Shown one piece after another: positions 1 through 9,721 of a stretch of 32,000 bases of DNA (positions are counted from its first letter, which is position 1; each line of letters opens with the position of its first letter). The stretch is taken from assembly GCA_023898645.1 (NCBI GenBank), contig CP060232.1, positions 1,050,001-1,082,000 on the forward strand. Reading direction: 5' to 3'. Source of the DNA: Candidatus Saccharimonadota bacterium. Lineage in GTDB: Bacteria > Patescibacteriota > Saccharimonadia > Saccharimonadales > Saccharimonadaceae. The position numbers and the translations under genes are program-made. The notes beneath the pieces were generated by a model. The model ran no database searches. It was not told the origin of the DNA and was given only the letters and a program-made list of their open reading frames with translations.

Positions 1-438
1 CACACCTAGGCGGTCGATGATAGCCTGGTACATTGCGAGTTCAGGTTTAACGGCGCCCACTTGATACGACAATACTGTTGCGTCAAACAATTCGGTCTGC
101 CTTGGTTCAAATAAATCACCCAGCCAATCACCGGCAGCATTGCTTAGCATACCAATCTTTACTCTTGGTTTCAGCGAATCTCGCATATACTCAAAAAGTA
201 ACGAATTAGGCGACGCACCACTTATGCGACGCCGCACTTCACTTTCATTAAGTTTCGACATTCGACTAATCTCAGTTATGAATTCGTCGTATTTTATAAA
301 ACCGGCGTTAACAGCCTTTTCCATGTCGCATGCGCGCTGTAGCTTTTCCGAATCACGTCCCCAAAGTTCCTCGCGCAAATGCTTCCAGCCATCAGCCGTC
401 AATACGCCAAAACAGTCAAAAATAACAGCTTTTATCAC
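1..438 (-). CDS. HAD-superfamily hydrolase (N-terminal part; C-terminus lies beyond window start)
   Basis: Not in the ORF track (edge-truncated). The minus frame is open from GTG 438..436 to position 1 and reads VIKAVIFDCFGVLTADGW...KIGMLSNAAGDW...VGAVKPELAMYQAIIDRLGV. It has a HAD motif I-like hhhFDxxGVL with an aromatic residue at Asp+2, as in dehalogenase-type members. An S-N and a K-P motif follow. TATAAT at 450..445 lies 6 nt upstream of the GTG. Confidence 0.65.
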   Translation of the reverse strand, partial: MIKAVIFDCFGVLTADGWKHLREELWGRDSEKLQRACDMEKAVNAGFIKYDEFITEISRMSKLNESEVRRRISGASPNSLLFEYMRDSLKPRVKIGMLSNAAGDWLGDLFEPRQTELFDATVLSYQVGAVKPELAMYQAIIDRLGV

Positions 439-528
439 GAATCTATTATACCTCAAGGGAAAGCCTCTCCACTTCGGCCACGCTAGCCTTACAAGGTTTA
501 GCCGTCGCCGACCTAATTCAAGTACAGG

Positions 529-1137
529 TTAAGAAAACCCGATTTTGCTAAGAAGTTTGGAAAAGTCTGGTATCTGTAGCTGGAACAGATTACTAATTTG
601 TCCCAAGTTCGCCTTTAGTGAACCGAGTGAACCGGAACATGTTGTCGTCCAGAGCTTTTGAATCGTGTTATCGCCCTGCCTTACTTCAAATTCATATAAA
701 TTACCCGAAGCGCATATACCTCGGGTATCGTTCGCAGCTCCTTTTAGTGGCATTCCCTCCATAAAATTCGCACGATTTAACGCATACACAAACTGAGTAT
801 ACGCCTGTATATCGTTCTGCATCTGATCATTGTCAACCTCATTACCCAAATAGCCTACATGCGTTGTCATGTTACGCGCATCGGGGCTTATTGTGATGGT
901 GTAGCTATGAAAATTTTCGCGAGCAACAATCGGACCGCGAACTGTCATGCGAACACTACGATCCGCCAGCGTACTAGTGAGTGCTTGCTTGCCTGTATTA
1001 ACAGGTGATGATGTTTCAGGCGATGCGCCACCACCAAAAAGCGTACGTCCAAGTGAAACCAAGGCTGCTATAGCCAATACAACAATAATGAGTACCAATA
1101 CAATTGGTACAAGCCTCTGGATTCCACTTCTATCCAT
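529..1137 (-). CDS. hypothetical single-pass membrane protein (N-terminal TM anchor, extracytoplasmic domain with 2 Cys)
   Basis: 202-aa ORF that fits exactly between its neighbours. It has one hydrophobic helix, LVPIVLVLIIVVLAIAALVSL, near the N-terminus. I recognise no motif. Confidence 0.6.
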   Translation of the reverse strand: MDRSGIQRLVPIVLVLIIVVLAIAALVSLGRTLFGGGASPETSSPVNTGKQALTSTLADRSVRMTVRGPIVARENFHSYTITISPDARNMTTHVGYLGNEVDNDQMQNDIQAYTQFVYALNRANFMEGMPLKGAANDTRGICASGNLYEFEVRQGDNTIQKLWTTTCSGSLGSLKANLGQISNLFQLQIPDFSKLLSKIGFS

Positions 1138-1191
1138 ACTAATATTTAATCATTTTTACAGTAAAATGTCAATGTACGCAAGCTCTAATTG

Positions 1192-3729
1192 TTACAATTC
1201 GCCCCAGTTTTTACCAATACCCACATCTACTTTGAGTTTAACTGGAAGCTCTGGCGCAATTGATTCCATTACTTTTACCAAAATATCTGAAATTTTTTCG
1301 GCATTTTCACTCGGACACTCTACGAGGATACTGTCGTGTACTTGTAAAATTTGTCGCCCTAAACCATCCAGCTTCTCTTCTAATTGATTCATCGCAAGCT
1401 TCATTAGATCGGCCTCGGTTCCTTGAATCGGCATATTCGCCGCTTGGCGATTAGCTGCTTCACGTACCATATAGTTACTACTGTTAACATCCGGCGTAGG
1501 GCGACGGCGACCATGATATGTCTCTACATAGCCGTCTGTTTTAGCCTTTTCAAGCGTTGAGTCGATGTATTTTCGTATCGGAGCCCGCAGCTCAAAATAC
1601 TGGTCGATGTATTTTTTTGCATCAACGAAATTCATACCAGTCGCAGCCGAGAGTCCATGAGGACTCATACCATAGAGCACCCCAAAGTTAATGACTTTTG
1701 CATTCCGACGTTGAGCCTTTGTAACCTGATCCATAGGTATATTATTTGCAAGAGCAGCCGTCTTCGTATGGATATCAACGCCGCTATTAAAGTCACTTAT
1801 CAGATCTTTATCGTCCGCCAAAGCCGCCGCAAGCCGTAGCTCGAATTGGCTGTAGTCAGCGCTAACAAGTACATTACCCTCCTCTGGTATAAATGCTTCT
1901 CGTATACGACGTCCTAAATCGGTTCGAACAGGAATATTTTGCAAATTCGGATCTGTACTGCTCAATCGACCCGTAGCGGCAACATCCTGATTGAATGTTG
2001 TGTGTACACGATCATGCTCGTCGGCCTGAGCTGGCAAGGTGTCGACATACGTATTTCTCAGCTTTGCTAATTCACGCGTTCGTTCAATCAATTCAATTAT
2101 CGGGTGCTGTCCGCGAAGTTTGTCGAGCTCTTTTTGACCTGTACTGTAGGCAGTTTTGCCCTTTTTTATACCAGCAGTAGGTAACTGCAATTTAGTAAAC
2201 AACACCTCTGAAAGCTGAGCTGGACTTCCAATATTAAATTCGTAGCCGGCCATTGTATACATTTCTTGTTCAAGCTTTGCATGCTCATCACTCAGTTCTT
2301 TGCTCATTTCGGCAAGTAGCTTTTTATCGATTTTTATACCACGCCGTTCAATTAAAAACAAAGTGTAGATGAGCGGAAAATCAAATTTATGCGCAATATC
2401 AGCAACTCGAGGTAACTCCTTGAAACTTTCCAACTGCCAATCGTATAGCTGCCAAAGCGTCGCCATACGCTCCAACTGCGTCTCAAGCTGGCCACCAATA
2501 AGCGAAGTCAGACTACGATCTCGACGCAACGGATCTACCAAAAATGCCGCTTGGCGGATATCGTGAATTTGCTCAAAATGAACGTCATCCACGCCGTAAT
2601 CCGCCAAGTCATGATAAAGTTTCTTCACGTCGTAAGCTACAACAGTCGCTAATTCAAGTGTCCGCCATACACTTCTCGGAACCTCTTTAACTAGCATATG
2701 ACAAACCGTATCTCTATTCATCGAAAGCCATAGCTCCTCATCAACGAGATCAATGGTTACAGCACCCGCAATCATGAGCTGTCTTGGCCACGGCTTCTCA
2801 ACCATATCTACCGTCGATAGGTGGTTCACTGCTAATGCATGCGACGCAGAACCTTCATCCTGCATATGTTTTGGTAATCGCTTAGTAAGCGAATGGAATT
2901 CAAACTTCTCAAGTATGCTGGCGACCTTGGTAAGATTCGTGTTGTGTATGTCTGCAGCATCCCAATCAAGCACAATTGGCACATCAGTCCAAATACGACC
3001 AATCTCTTTACTCATATACGCCGACTCTTTGCCTGCAAGCAGCTTGGAGGCTATTGATGGCTTAATGTCTTCCAAATGCTCGTAAATACCATCGAGTGTC
3101 TTATACTCCTGAAGCAGCTGGATACCTGTTTTTTCTCCAATTCCTGGTACGCCAGGCAGGTTATCTGAAGAGTCACCTTTCAGCGACTTTAAGTCCAAAA
3201 ACTGGTGTACATCGATGCCGTATTTTTTTTCAAAATATTCGACGTCAAATTCCTCAATGTTACTCAGTCCGTTCTTAAGTGCATATACTTTAGTATGTGG
3301 AGAAATTAGTTGCAGTGCATCCAAATCGCTCGTCAATAAACACGTTTCGATACCCTTTTCAGCTGCCTGCAAGCTAAACGCCCCCAATATATCATCTGCT
3401 TCGTAATCATCCAGCTCATATAGTGGCCAACCAAATGCATCAAGTAATTCATGTAGCAATGGTATCTGCTCATAAAAATCAGGCGGAGCTGGTTTACGAC
3501 CAGCCTTGTATTCAGGATAAATTTCACGACGTTTACGTATATTAGTCTTGGGCTTGTCCCAGGCTACCGCCACATAGTCAGGCTCTAATTTTTTGATAAG
3601 TTCAATCGCCAAACTGGCAAATCCGAACACACCACCTGTAGGTGTGCCGTCACGCATGCTTAAACCTGACATGGCATAATAACCGCGATAAAACACTGAT
3701 TTTCCGTCAATGACTGCCAGACGCTTCAT
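1192..3729 (-). CDS. polA: DNA polymerase I
   Basis: 5'-nuclease N-terminus. Pol motif A is LVSADYSQFELRLAA, motif B is RRNAKVINFGVLYGMS and motif C is QVHDSILVE. The track ORF starts at 3759, but MKRLAVIDG at ATG 3729 is preceded by TATACT (3741..3736) with a 6-nt gap, so I call 3729 as the start. Confidence 0.95.
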   Translation of the reverse strand: MKRLAVIDGKSVFYRGYYAMSGLSMRDGTPTGGVFGFASLAIELIKKLEPDYVAVAWDKPKTNIRKRREIYPEYKAGRKPAPPDFYEQIPLLHELLDAFGWPLYELDDYEADDILGAFSLQAAEKGIETCLLTSDLDALQLISPHTKVYALKNGLSNIEEFDVEYFEKKYGIDVHQFLDLKSLKGDSSDNLPGVPGIGEKTGIQLLQEYKTLDGIYEHLEDIKPSIASKLLAGKESAYMSKEIGRIWTDVPIVLDWDAADIHNTNLTKVASILEKFEFHSLTKRLPKHMQDEGSASHALAVNHLSTVDMVEKPWPRQLMIAGAVTIDLVDEELWLSMNRDTVCHMLVKEVPRSVWRTLELATVVAYDVKKLYHDLADYGVDDVHFEQIHDIRQAAFLVDPLRRDRSLTSLIGGQLETQLERMATLWQLYDWQLESFKELPRVADIAHKFDFPLIYTLFLIERRGIKIDKKLLAEMSKELSDEHAKLEQEMYTMAGYEFNIGSPAQLSEVLFTKLQLPTAGIKKGKTAYSTGQKELDKLRGQHPIIELIERTRELAKLRNTYVDTLPAQADEHDRVHTTFNQDVAATGRLSSTDPNLQNIPVRTDLGRRIREAFIPEEGNVLVSADYSQFELRLAAALADDKDLISDFNSGVDIHTKTAALANNIPMDQVTKAQRRNAKVINFGVLYGMSPHGLSAATGMNFVDAKKYIDQYFELRAPIRKYIDSTLEKAKTDGYVETYHGRRRPTPDVNSSNYMVREAANRQAANMPIQGTEADLMKLAMNQLEEKLDGLGRQILQVHDSILVECPSENAEKISDILVKVMESIAPELPVKLKVDVGIGKNWGEL

Positions 3730-3908
3730 AGTACCAGTATAGCCTACTCTCTGGTACAAGTAGTAGTCTTTGAGGCTATCGACGTATACGTCCTAAACGG
3801 CACGTGTTTCGTTCACTACCAACGACACTCGAATATTCGTAAGTAGATTCGTCTCTTCGTTGATTTAAGTAATTCCTATGCAGATTAGCCAAGCATAAAC
3901 ATAGGCAT

Positions 3909-3937
3909 TTGACCCCTATTTGAGGTGAGCGTAGTAT
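3909..3937 (+). promoter_or_regulatory. sigma70-type promoter TTGACC-17-TAGTAT, 7 nt upstream of the uppS ATG (leaderless transcript predicted)
   Basis: TTGACC at 3909..3914, a 17-nt spacer, TAGTAT at 3932..3937, ATG at 3945. There is no usable SD; the GAGGTG is 17 nt from the ATG. Confidence 0.45.
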
Positions 3938-3944
3938 AAACAAT

Positions 3945-4649
3945 ATGACAAAGACGTTTCATGTAGCAATCATCCCTGACGGCAATCGCCGCTGGGCTCG
4001 TCAGCACGGCATTAAGGGGTACAAGGAGCTATATGATCGTGGCGTAGATAGCCTACTCGGCATTACGGAAGCTGCGTTTGAATATGGCATTACGCATCTG
4101 TCACTCTGGGGTAGTTCACACGCAAATATTGCCGATCGCTCGTCAGACTTCACTAATAATATCGATCGAGTATTTCGTGACAGTATTCACCGCTTCGCAG
4201 ATCATCCCGTATTAGAAAAGTATGACGTCCGGATTAATGTCATTGGAGAGTGGCGCGATAGTCTGACTCAAAAAACCATAGACGCCATGGAGGACGCTAT
4301 GGCAAAGACTGCGCATCGCAACGGTCGTGTACTAACACTTCTCATCGACTACAGTGGTACACGCGAACGCACGTTTGCCGTTCAGTCAATACTTACCAAC
4401 CCCGAAAGCGACGTACAGACAGAGCAGCTACTTCGTTCACGTTCGTGGACTGGGCATCTACCCGACCTAGACCTTATTATCCGCACTGGAGCTTGGGAAG
4501 ATCCCCACAATAGTGCCGGATTTATGAGCCTACTTTCCGATGAAGCACAGTACGCTTTTCCGGAATTACTATGGCCAGACTTTAATACCGAATATTTACA
4601 TGACATTATCGACGACTTTCGTGGTCGTGAACGCCGTCGCGGTAAATAA
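3945..4649 (+). CDS. uppS: cis-prenyltransferase (undecaprenyl-diphosphate synthase family), divergent
   Basis: N-terminal HVAIIPDGNRRWA signature, an IRTG motif, LWPDF and a C-terminal RERRRG. The central ENW-type and RLSNF-type motifs are not conserved. Confidence 0.8.
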   Translation: MTKTFHVAIIPDGNRRWARQHGIKGYKELYDRGVDSLLGITEAAFEYGITHLSLWGSSHANIADRSSDFTNNIDRVFRDSIHRFADHPVLEKYDVRINVIGEWRDSLTQKTIDAMEDAMAKTAHRNGRVLTLLIDYSGTRERTFAVQSILTNPESDVQTEQLLRSRSWTGHLPDLDLIIRTGAWEDPHNSAGFMSLLSDEAQYAFPELLWPDFNTEYLHDIIDDFRGRERRRGK

Positions 4650-4693
4650 AACAATTATGCTTATATGTTCAATTTTCTGATACAATTGGAATA

Positions 4694-5257
4694 ATGTCAG
4701 AACAAAATGCAAAAATCATCGCATTCGTCGGCCTCGACGGATCCGGAAAATCAGCAGCCACAAGCTACCTTATAGAACGCGGATACCCTAAGGTTCATTT
4801 TGGTAGCGTCATTGTGAACGCACTAAATGACGAGGGGCTAGAGTTTACACTGGAAAACGAAAAAATGATGCGTGACAAATTACGCCAAAACGGTGAAGAC
4901 CTTGTCGTACAGCGCATCGTTCAACAAATCAAAGATCTCATCAATGCCGGACAACGACGTATTATAGTTGACGGCATGGGCGGATGGGACGCATACCGAA
5001 CATTAAAACATGAGTTTCCTGGCGAGCTAATAACTGTTTCGCTAACGCCATTCCGCAATATTCGCATGCGTCGTCTTGCCAACCGTACAGAACGGCCACT
5101 TTCCGAACATGAAGCTTATGAAAGAGATTTCGATGAAATCGAAAACCTCGGTAAGGGTGGCGTCATCGCAATTGCTGATTACTCTATCCTAAACAACAGC
5201 AGCCAAGAACAGCTTCACACGCAAATTGATGAACTGTTACGTTTTATCGACTTCTAG
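4694..5257 (+). CDS. P-loop nucleotide/nucleoside kinase-like protein (dephospho-CoA kinase / dNMP kinase-like)
   Basis: Walker A FVGLDGSGKSAAT at the N-terminus; size is about 187 aa. TACAAT at 4681..4686 lies 7 nt upstream of the ATG. Confidence 0.65.
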   Translation: MSEQNAKIIAFVGLDGSGKSAATSYLIERGYPKVHFGSVIVNALNDEGLEFTLENEKMMRDKLRQNGEDLVVQRIVQQIKDLINAGQRRIIVDGMGGWDAYRTLKHEFPGELITVSLTPFRNIRMRRLANRTERPLSEHEAYERDFDEIENLGKGGVIAIADYSILNNSSQEQLHTQIDELLRFIDF

Positions 5258-5844
5258 AGTTCAAACTCTTTTATCAGATAATCACGATAGGCATCTAGTG
5301 ACAAAAAGTCATTCTCTATGACAACATCAACAAGTTCACGTACTGATTTCATATCGAGCGATCCCGAAGGAGCATCAGTCGGCGGATGCATCTCCCGATA
5401 TTCATCAATTTTAAACTGTTCAAATGAAATCCGATCTTCATCGCGTCCACGGTTACTTTGCTGCAGCCGGTCATATCGCATACGCTGATCAGCATCAACC
5501 CACACCACTATTCCGTCACGTTCATGGACTCGTTTAACTTCGTCGGGATGACGAATACTAACAAGTGCCAGTCCTTTATGGTTTTTAGCATCCTTCTCAG
5601 CAAAGTAAACGTCCATAGCCTTGGTAAACATAATGCCGTTATCGCCGGATTCGTTTCGCCATTTTTTGCTTAATTCAGCTTGATTTTCGCGATTTACTGA
5701 TTGGCCGGTACGTATCAGTTCTTCACGCAATAATTCGCTGACACTATGAAAGCTATATCCGCACCGTTCCTCAAGCAGCTTGCCAAGTTCATCCTTGCCT
5801 GCGCCGTTCGTACCCGAAATGCCTACGATTTGCGGTAGCTTCAT
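5254..5844 (-). CDS. P-loop nucleotide/nucleoside kinase-like protein
   Basis: Walker A GISGTNGAGKDELG. The start ATG (5844..5842) directly abuts the rpoD stop TAA (5847..5845), which suggests translational coupling in a dnaG-rpoD-kinase operon. Confidence 0.65.
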   Translation of the reverse strand: MKLPQIVGISGTNGAGKDELGKLLEERCGYSFHSVSELLREELIRTGQSVNRENQAELSKKWRNESGDNGIMFTKAMDVYFAEKDAKNHKGLALVSIRHPDEVKRVHERDGIVVWVDADQRMRYDRLQQSNRGRDEDRISFEQFKIDEYREMHPPTDAPSGSLDMKSVRELVDVVIENDFLSLDAYRDYLIKEFEL

Positions 5845-6858
5845 TTAACTCAAGTACTCGTGTAGTTTTTTGGCGTCTTTATGCTTACGCAGTTTGGCCA
5901 ATGCCTTTGCTTCAATTTGACGAATACGCTCACGTGTGACAGCAAATTCCTGTCCAACTTCTTCAAGTGTATGACTTTTGCCATTTTCTAGGCCAAAGCG
6001 CATTTTGATAATCTTTTGCTCACGATCTGAGAGTGTCGACAGTACGGCCTGAACCTGTTCTTTGAGCAACTGCTCGGTAGCAGAATCCTGCGGTGTTTTA
6101 CCGTCTTCGTCTTCTATGAAGTCGCCAAGTACACTATCTTCGTCCTCACCGTCACGACCCACACCGGCGTCAAGCGATGTGATATCCTGCTTAATCTTGA
6201 TGACATACTCAACTTTTTCCGGTTCCATTTCCAACTCTTTTGCAAGCTCTTCAATGGTCGGTTCACGATTAAGCTCCTGTGTCATGCGACGCTGAGTTCG
6301 CAGAAGTTTATTAATCGTCTCTACCATGTGTACAGGTATACGAATTGTACGAGCCTGGTCTGCGATAGCACGTGTAATCGCCTGGCGAATCCACCAAGTT
6401 GCGTAGGTACTGAATTTAAATCCCTTGTCTGGGTCAAACTTTTCTACAGCACGGAGCAAACCGGTATTACCCTCTTGAATTAGGTCCAAAAAGTCCAATC
6501 CGCGACCGCTGTAACGCTTTGCAATTGATACGACTAAACGCATGTTAGCTTCAGCCATTTTGTCCTTAGCCCTCTTATCGCCAGCCACAACCTTTTGGGC
6601 TAATTCCAGCTCTTCCTCTGAAGTTAACAATGGAATTTTACCGATTTCACGTAGGTAAAGTCGTACACTATCGTCGCTAATATCATCCAAATACTGACTG
6701 TTACTAAGTGCCTCATCATCAATTTCCTCTTCTTCGACAAGATCATCGAGCACTGGCTCCTCGATATCACTCAGGTCTTTAGACACAACTTCCGTATCGT
6801 TATCAGTAGTTTGATCGTCGGCTAGGTGCAAATCGTCATCATTATTTTCTGGCATCAT
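5845..6858 (-). CDS. rpoD: primary RNA polymerase sigma factor (sigma-70 family)
   Basis: Acidic N-terminus. Region 2 reads [15 protein letters not shown] and region 4.2 reads [24 protein letters not shown]. It overlaps dnaG by 4 nt (ATGA). Confidence 0.95.
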   Translation of the reverse strand: MMPENNDDDLHLADDQTTDNDTEVVSKDLSDIEEPVLDDLVEEEEIDDEALSNSQYLDDISDDSVRLYLREIGKIPLLTSEEELELAQKVVAGDKRAKDKMAEANMRLVVSIAKRYSGRGLDFLDLIQEGNTGLLRAVEKFDPDKGFKFSTYATWWIRQAITRAIADQARTIRIPVHMVETINKLLRTQRRMTQELNREPTIEELAKELEMEPEKVEYVIKIKQDITSLDAGVGRDGEDEDSVLGDFIEDEDGKTPQDSATEQLLKEQVQAVLSTLSDREQKIIKMRFGLENGKSHTLEEVGQEFAVTRERIRQIEAKALAKLRKHKDAKKLHEYLS

Positions 6859-8600
6859 TTCTCTCCTTTTATAAGTATGCTTAGTTGGCGCAAATAATCC
6901 CCTGCGGCAGCATCATCCCCCCGCTCCCTCGCGGCTGCCTCTTGCTGTATCAATTGTTCTTTTTTCGTTTTTTGGTAGTTTGCTTGCAACGATCGTAGAA
7001 CGTCTGTAGCAGTGGCAACTCGATTCTCACTGCTCCAATCCACATTATCTACGTCGGGATGTAATAATAACATCGTAACATATTTTTCGTAGGCTTCCAA
7101 GCTTACCGGTATAGACTCTACCTTCTTCTTCTCGTTCTCAGCTAGATACGTTGCAACTGCCCGACGCTCCTTCCCGCGAAAAATCGAAGAGTCAATACCC
7201 GTAAATAAATCTTGTACCTGTATATCAACCAATGCAACAGCCAGTAATGTATCCTGTTTACGATCAGGCTCATCACGCGGTTCTTCAATGACTTGTTTTG
7301 TTTTTTTAATTGCCTTTTGTGTCTTTACCTCGTCTTTAACTGATGCAAGCTTGCGTATCAATGCATCACGCGTTGTATCAGTCATTTTAGCTATTTGGGA
7401 AAGATAGTGATCCTGTTCAACCGGATCGCTAAGCGCTCTAACGACATTCAAGGCCGCTGTCGTAAATGCTCTCTTGCCAGCTGCAGTATCTAGTTTTTCG
7501 CGCTCTGCAAACCGTGCAATTACCCAATCGACTACCGGTTGAGCTGTATTTATAGCGTCTTTCCATAATGCAACATCACGTTGAATAAGCTCATCTGGAT
7601 CCTTGGCATCATTTGGTAAACTGATAATCGTCAATTCTACGCCCACCATCTGTGCAATGGGTATAGCGCGTTCTGTTGCCGCCAGACCAGCCTTGTCGGC
7701 GTCAAATGCCAAACGAATGTGTGGTGTCAAGCGACCAAGTGCTCGCAAGTGGTGTTCCGTCAAAGCAGTCCCAGCCGTCGCCACGACTTCACTAACTTCA
7801 ACCTGATGACTACTGACTACATCTAAATTTCCTTCTACTACGACAACGTAGTCCGTTTTTCGAATAGCCTCCTTTGCCTGAGAAAATCCAAAAACATGAC
7901 GACTTTTGTCGTATAAAAGTGTTTGTGGCGTATTTAGGTACTTCGGAGCTGAAGGATCATCATTAATTATTCGGCCCGTAAATCCAACAACTTGACCCGT
8001 ACTGTCCATAAGCGACACCATCATACGTCCTCGAAACAAATCTCCGCCATATCGATTTGTTAGTCCGGCATCTGATAACTCTTGTGGGGTGAATCCCTTT
8101 TTCTTGAGAAAACTTGTCAGTGCATCCCCGCTATCCGGTGCATATCCTATCTTAAAATCCTGTACAACTTTTTTATTCAATCCTCGTTTTTTAAAGACAT
8201 ACTGCTGTGCATGTTCATTGCGTAGTAAGCTTTGCTGATAGTACGTGGCTGCCAATTCATTCGCAGCAAGAAGCCGTTTTTTACGCTTCGCTAAATCTTG
8301 CGATCCACTACTCTGATAAAGCGACAGGTCAACGCCTGCACGTCGAGCCAGAAGTTCAAGTGCCTGACGAAAATCCATCCCCTCAACTTCCATTACAAAA
8401 CTAAATACGTCCCCACCCTTTCCAGAACTAAAATCATGCCAAATATGTTTGTCTGGACTGACATAAAAACTAGGTGTCTTTTCGCCTGAAAAAGGACTCA
8501 GTCCTTTGAAATTTCTACCTGAACGTTTCAGTGGAACATATTCACCAATAACATCCTCGATGTTAAGCCGAGATCGTACTTCCTCCTTGGCATCCTGCAT
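6855..8600 (-). CDS. dnaG: DNA primase
   Basis: N-terminal EKTPSFYV primase zinc-ribbon region, a TOPRIM core ([18 protein letters not shown]) and a C-terminal helical domain. The track start is GTG 8636. ATG 8600 (MQDAKEEV) has an exact TATAAT (8612..8607) 6 nt upstream, so I prefer 8600. Confidence 0.9.
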   Translation of the reverse strand: MQDAKEEVRSRLNIEDVIGEYVPLKRSGRNFKGLSPFSGEKTPSFYVSPDKHIWHDFSSGKGGDVFSFVMEVEGMDFRQALELLARRAGVDLSLYQSSGSQDLAKRKKRLLAANELAATYYQQSLLRNEHAQQYVFKKRGLNKKVVQDFKIGYAPDSGDALTSFLKKKGFTPQELSDAGLTNRYGGDLFRGRMMVSLMDSTGQVVGFTGRIINDDPSAPKYLNTPQTLLYDKSRHVFGFSQAKEAIRKTDYVVVVEGNLDVVSSHQVEVSEVVATAGTALTEHHLRALGRLTPHIRLAFDADKAGLAATERAIPIAQMVGVELTIISLPNDAKDPDELIQRDVALWKDAINTAQPVVDWVIARFAEREKLDTAAGKRAFTTAALNVVRALSDPVEQDHYLSQIAKMTDTTRDALIRKLASVKDEVKTQKAIKKTKQVIEEPRDEPDRKQDTLLAVALVDIQVQDLFTGIDSSIFRGKERRAVATYLAENEKKKVESIPVSLEAYEKYVTMLLLHPDVDNVDWSSENRVATATDVLRSLQANYQKTKKEQLIQQEAAARERGDDAAAGDYLRQLSILIKGEK

Positions 8601-8684
8601 GCCATTATTATAGCCCGAGGCTACCGTAATAGCCACCTCTGGGCTCTTTCATGTTTATCTCTATTATGCTTAAATGGATATACA

Positions 8685-9377
8685 ATGGATCCAAACCAAC
8701 AACCAAATCAAACACCGCCCCAGCCACCGGTACAGCCGGCGGCCCCTCAGCCGCTTACAGGCTATGATACACCTCAGCCGTTAGCGTACGATCCGAACTA
8801 TCTTGATTCAATCGCACCGCCGCCACCAAGACCCTCGTTTTTTAGCGGTAGCTTCGGCAAAATATTCTTTGCGATGATTGGCGTTTTCGTACTCGCGGTT
8901 AGCCTAATTATCGCCTTCAGTGGCAACGATAACACGGCAGATCTCCAGCAGTTGGCGGTCCGATTAAACAATCTCTCTCTTACCGCGAAAAAGGTCCAGC
9001 CAAACCTAAAGAGCAACAACCTATCGACAGCTAATAGCACCTTTCAGGTTTGGATTACCGATAGTCAGCACCAATCAGTAACACTTCTGCAAGAAGCAGG
9101 TGTAAAAAAATCGCAATATGACAAAACGATGGTCGCAAGTGAAAAGACGTTATCTGATAATCTTAACGCAAAATTTGATGACGCTCGACTGAATGCGGTT
9201 TTAGACCGCGTTTACGCCAGCACGATGTCTTCCGAAACCGAAAAGTTAATTGTTCTGTTCAATGCCATGGGAAAAAACAGTAAAGCCAAAGCTATCCGTG
9301 ATTACGCAAATAGCACCAGTGCAAACTTAGCGCTCATACATAAAAGTTTCAATTCCTATGTCGACGACGGAAATTAA
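8685..9377 (+). CDS. hypothetical single-pass membrane protein with Pro/Gln-rich N-terminus
   Basis: 230-aa ORF. The N-terminal 50 aa are P/Q-rich. There is one TM helix, IFFAMIGVFVLAVSLIIAF, followed by a helical extracytoplasmic region. I recognise no motif. Confidence 0.6.
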   Translation: MDPNQQPNQTPPQPPVQPAAPQPLTGYDTPQPLAYDPNYLDSIAPPPPRPSFFSGSFGKIFFAMIGVFVLAVSLIIAFSGNDNTADLQQLAVRLNNLSLTAKKVQPNLKSNNLSTANSTFQVWITDSQHQSVTLLQEAGVKKSQYDKTMVASEKTLSDNLNAKFDDARLNAVLDRVYASTMSSETEKLIVLFNAMGKNSKAKAIRDYANSTSANLALIHKSFNSYVDDGN

Positions 9378-9385
9378 TAGAAAAT

Positions 9386-9721
9386 TTACACTGTATCGCT
9401 AACTAGCTGATAACTATGGCGAGCAAGATCGAACACTTCTTCTTCGGTCAACTGACCACTGCAGATGATAGTGTTCCAGTGCTTCTTGTTCAAATGATAC
9501 CCGGGCAACACACTTTCATATTTCTCTCGTAAGTGCTTAGCTAACAGCGGATCGCACTTCAAGCTAACACGCAGAGGAGTACTGTCCTCCGCTACAATTG
9601 CTACAATTTTTCCATCTGGCTTATCTCCGTATTTATAGACAGCCGTTCCTTCACCAAATGGATAGTCTAGCCACACTTTAGGGAACTGCAGTAGAAAATC
9701 TTCTATTTCTTTATGCTTCAT
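9386..9721 (-). CDS. MmcQ/YjbR-family protein
   Basis: 111 aa with YPFGEG...V.K, LKCDP and PGYHLNKKHWNTI, which match my recollection of the YjbR (DUF419) fold family. The start overlaps the orn stop by 4 nt. Confidence 0.7.
   Translation of the reverse strand: MKHKEIEDFLLQFPKVWLDYPFGEGTAVYKYGDKPDGKIVAIVAEDSTPLRVSLKCDPLLAKHLREKYESVLPGYHLNKKHWNTIICSGQLTEEEVFDLARHSYQLVSDTV

Noticed and set aside
140-532. 130-aa plus-strand ORF
   Set aside because: It lies opposite the HAD hydrolase frame, which has clear family motifs. It is Ser/Arg-rich shadow sequence.
3730-3759. N-terminal extensions from the ORF track: polA 3759, dnaG 8636, mscL 11220, NDT-4TM 18537, ABC 26715, PGI/PMI 29892 and the 29848 ORF
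   Set aside because: The downstream ATGs have a correctly spaced -10 hexamer or SD and give family-typical N-termini. The extensions are Cys/Arg-rich or overlap neighbouring genes.
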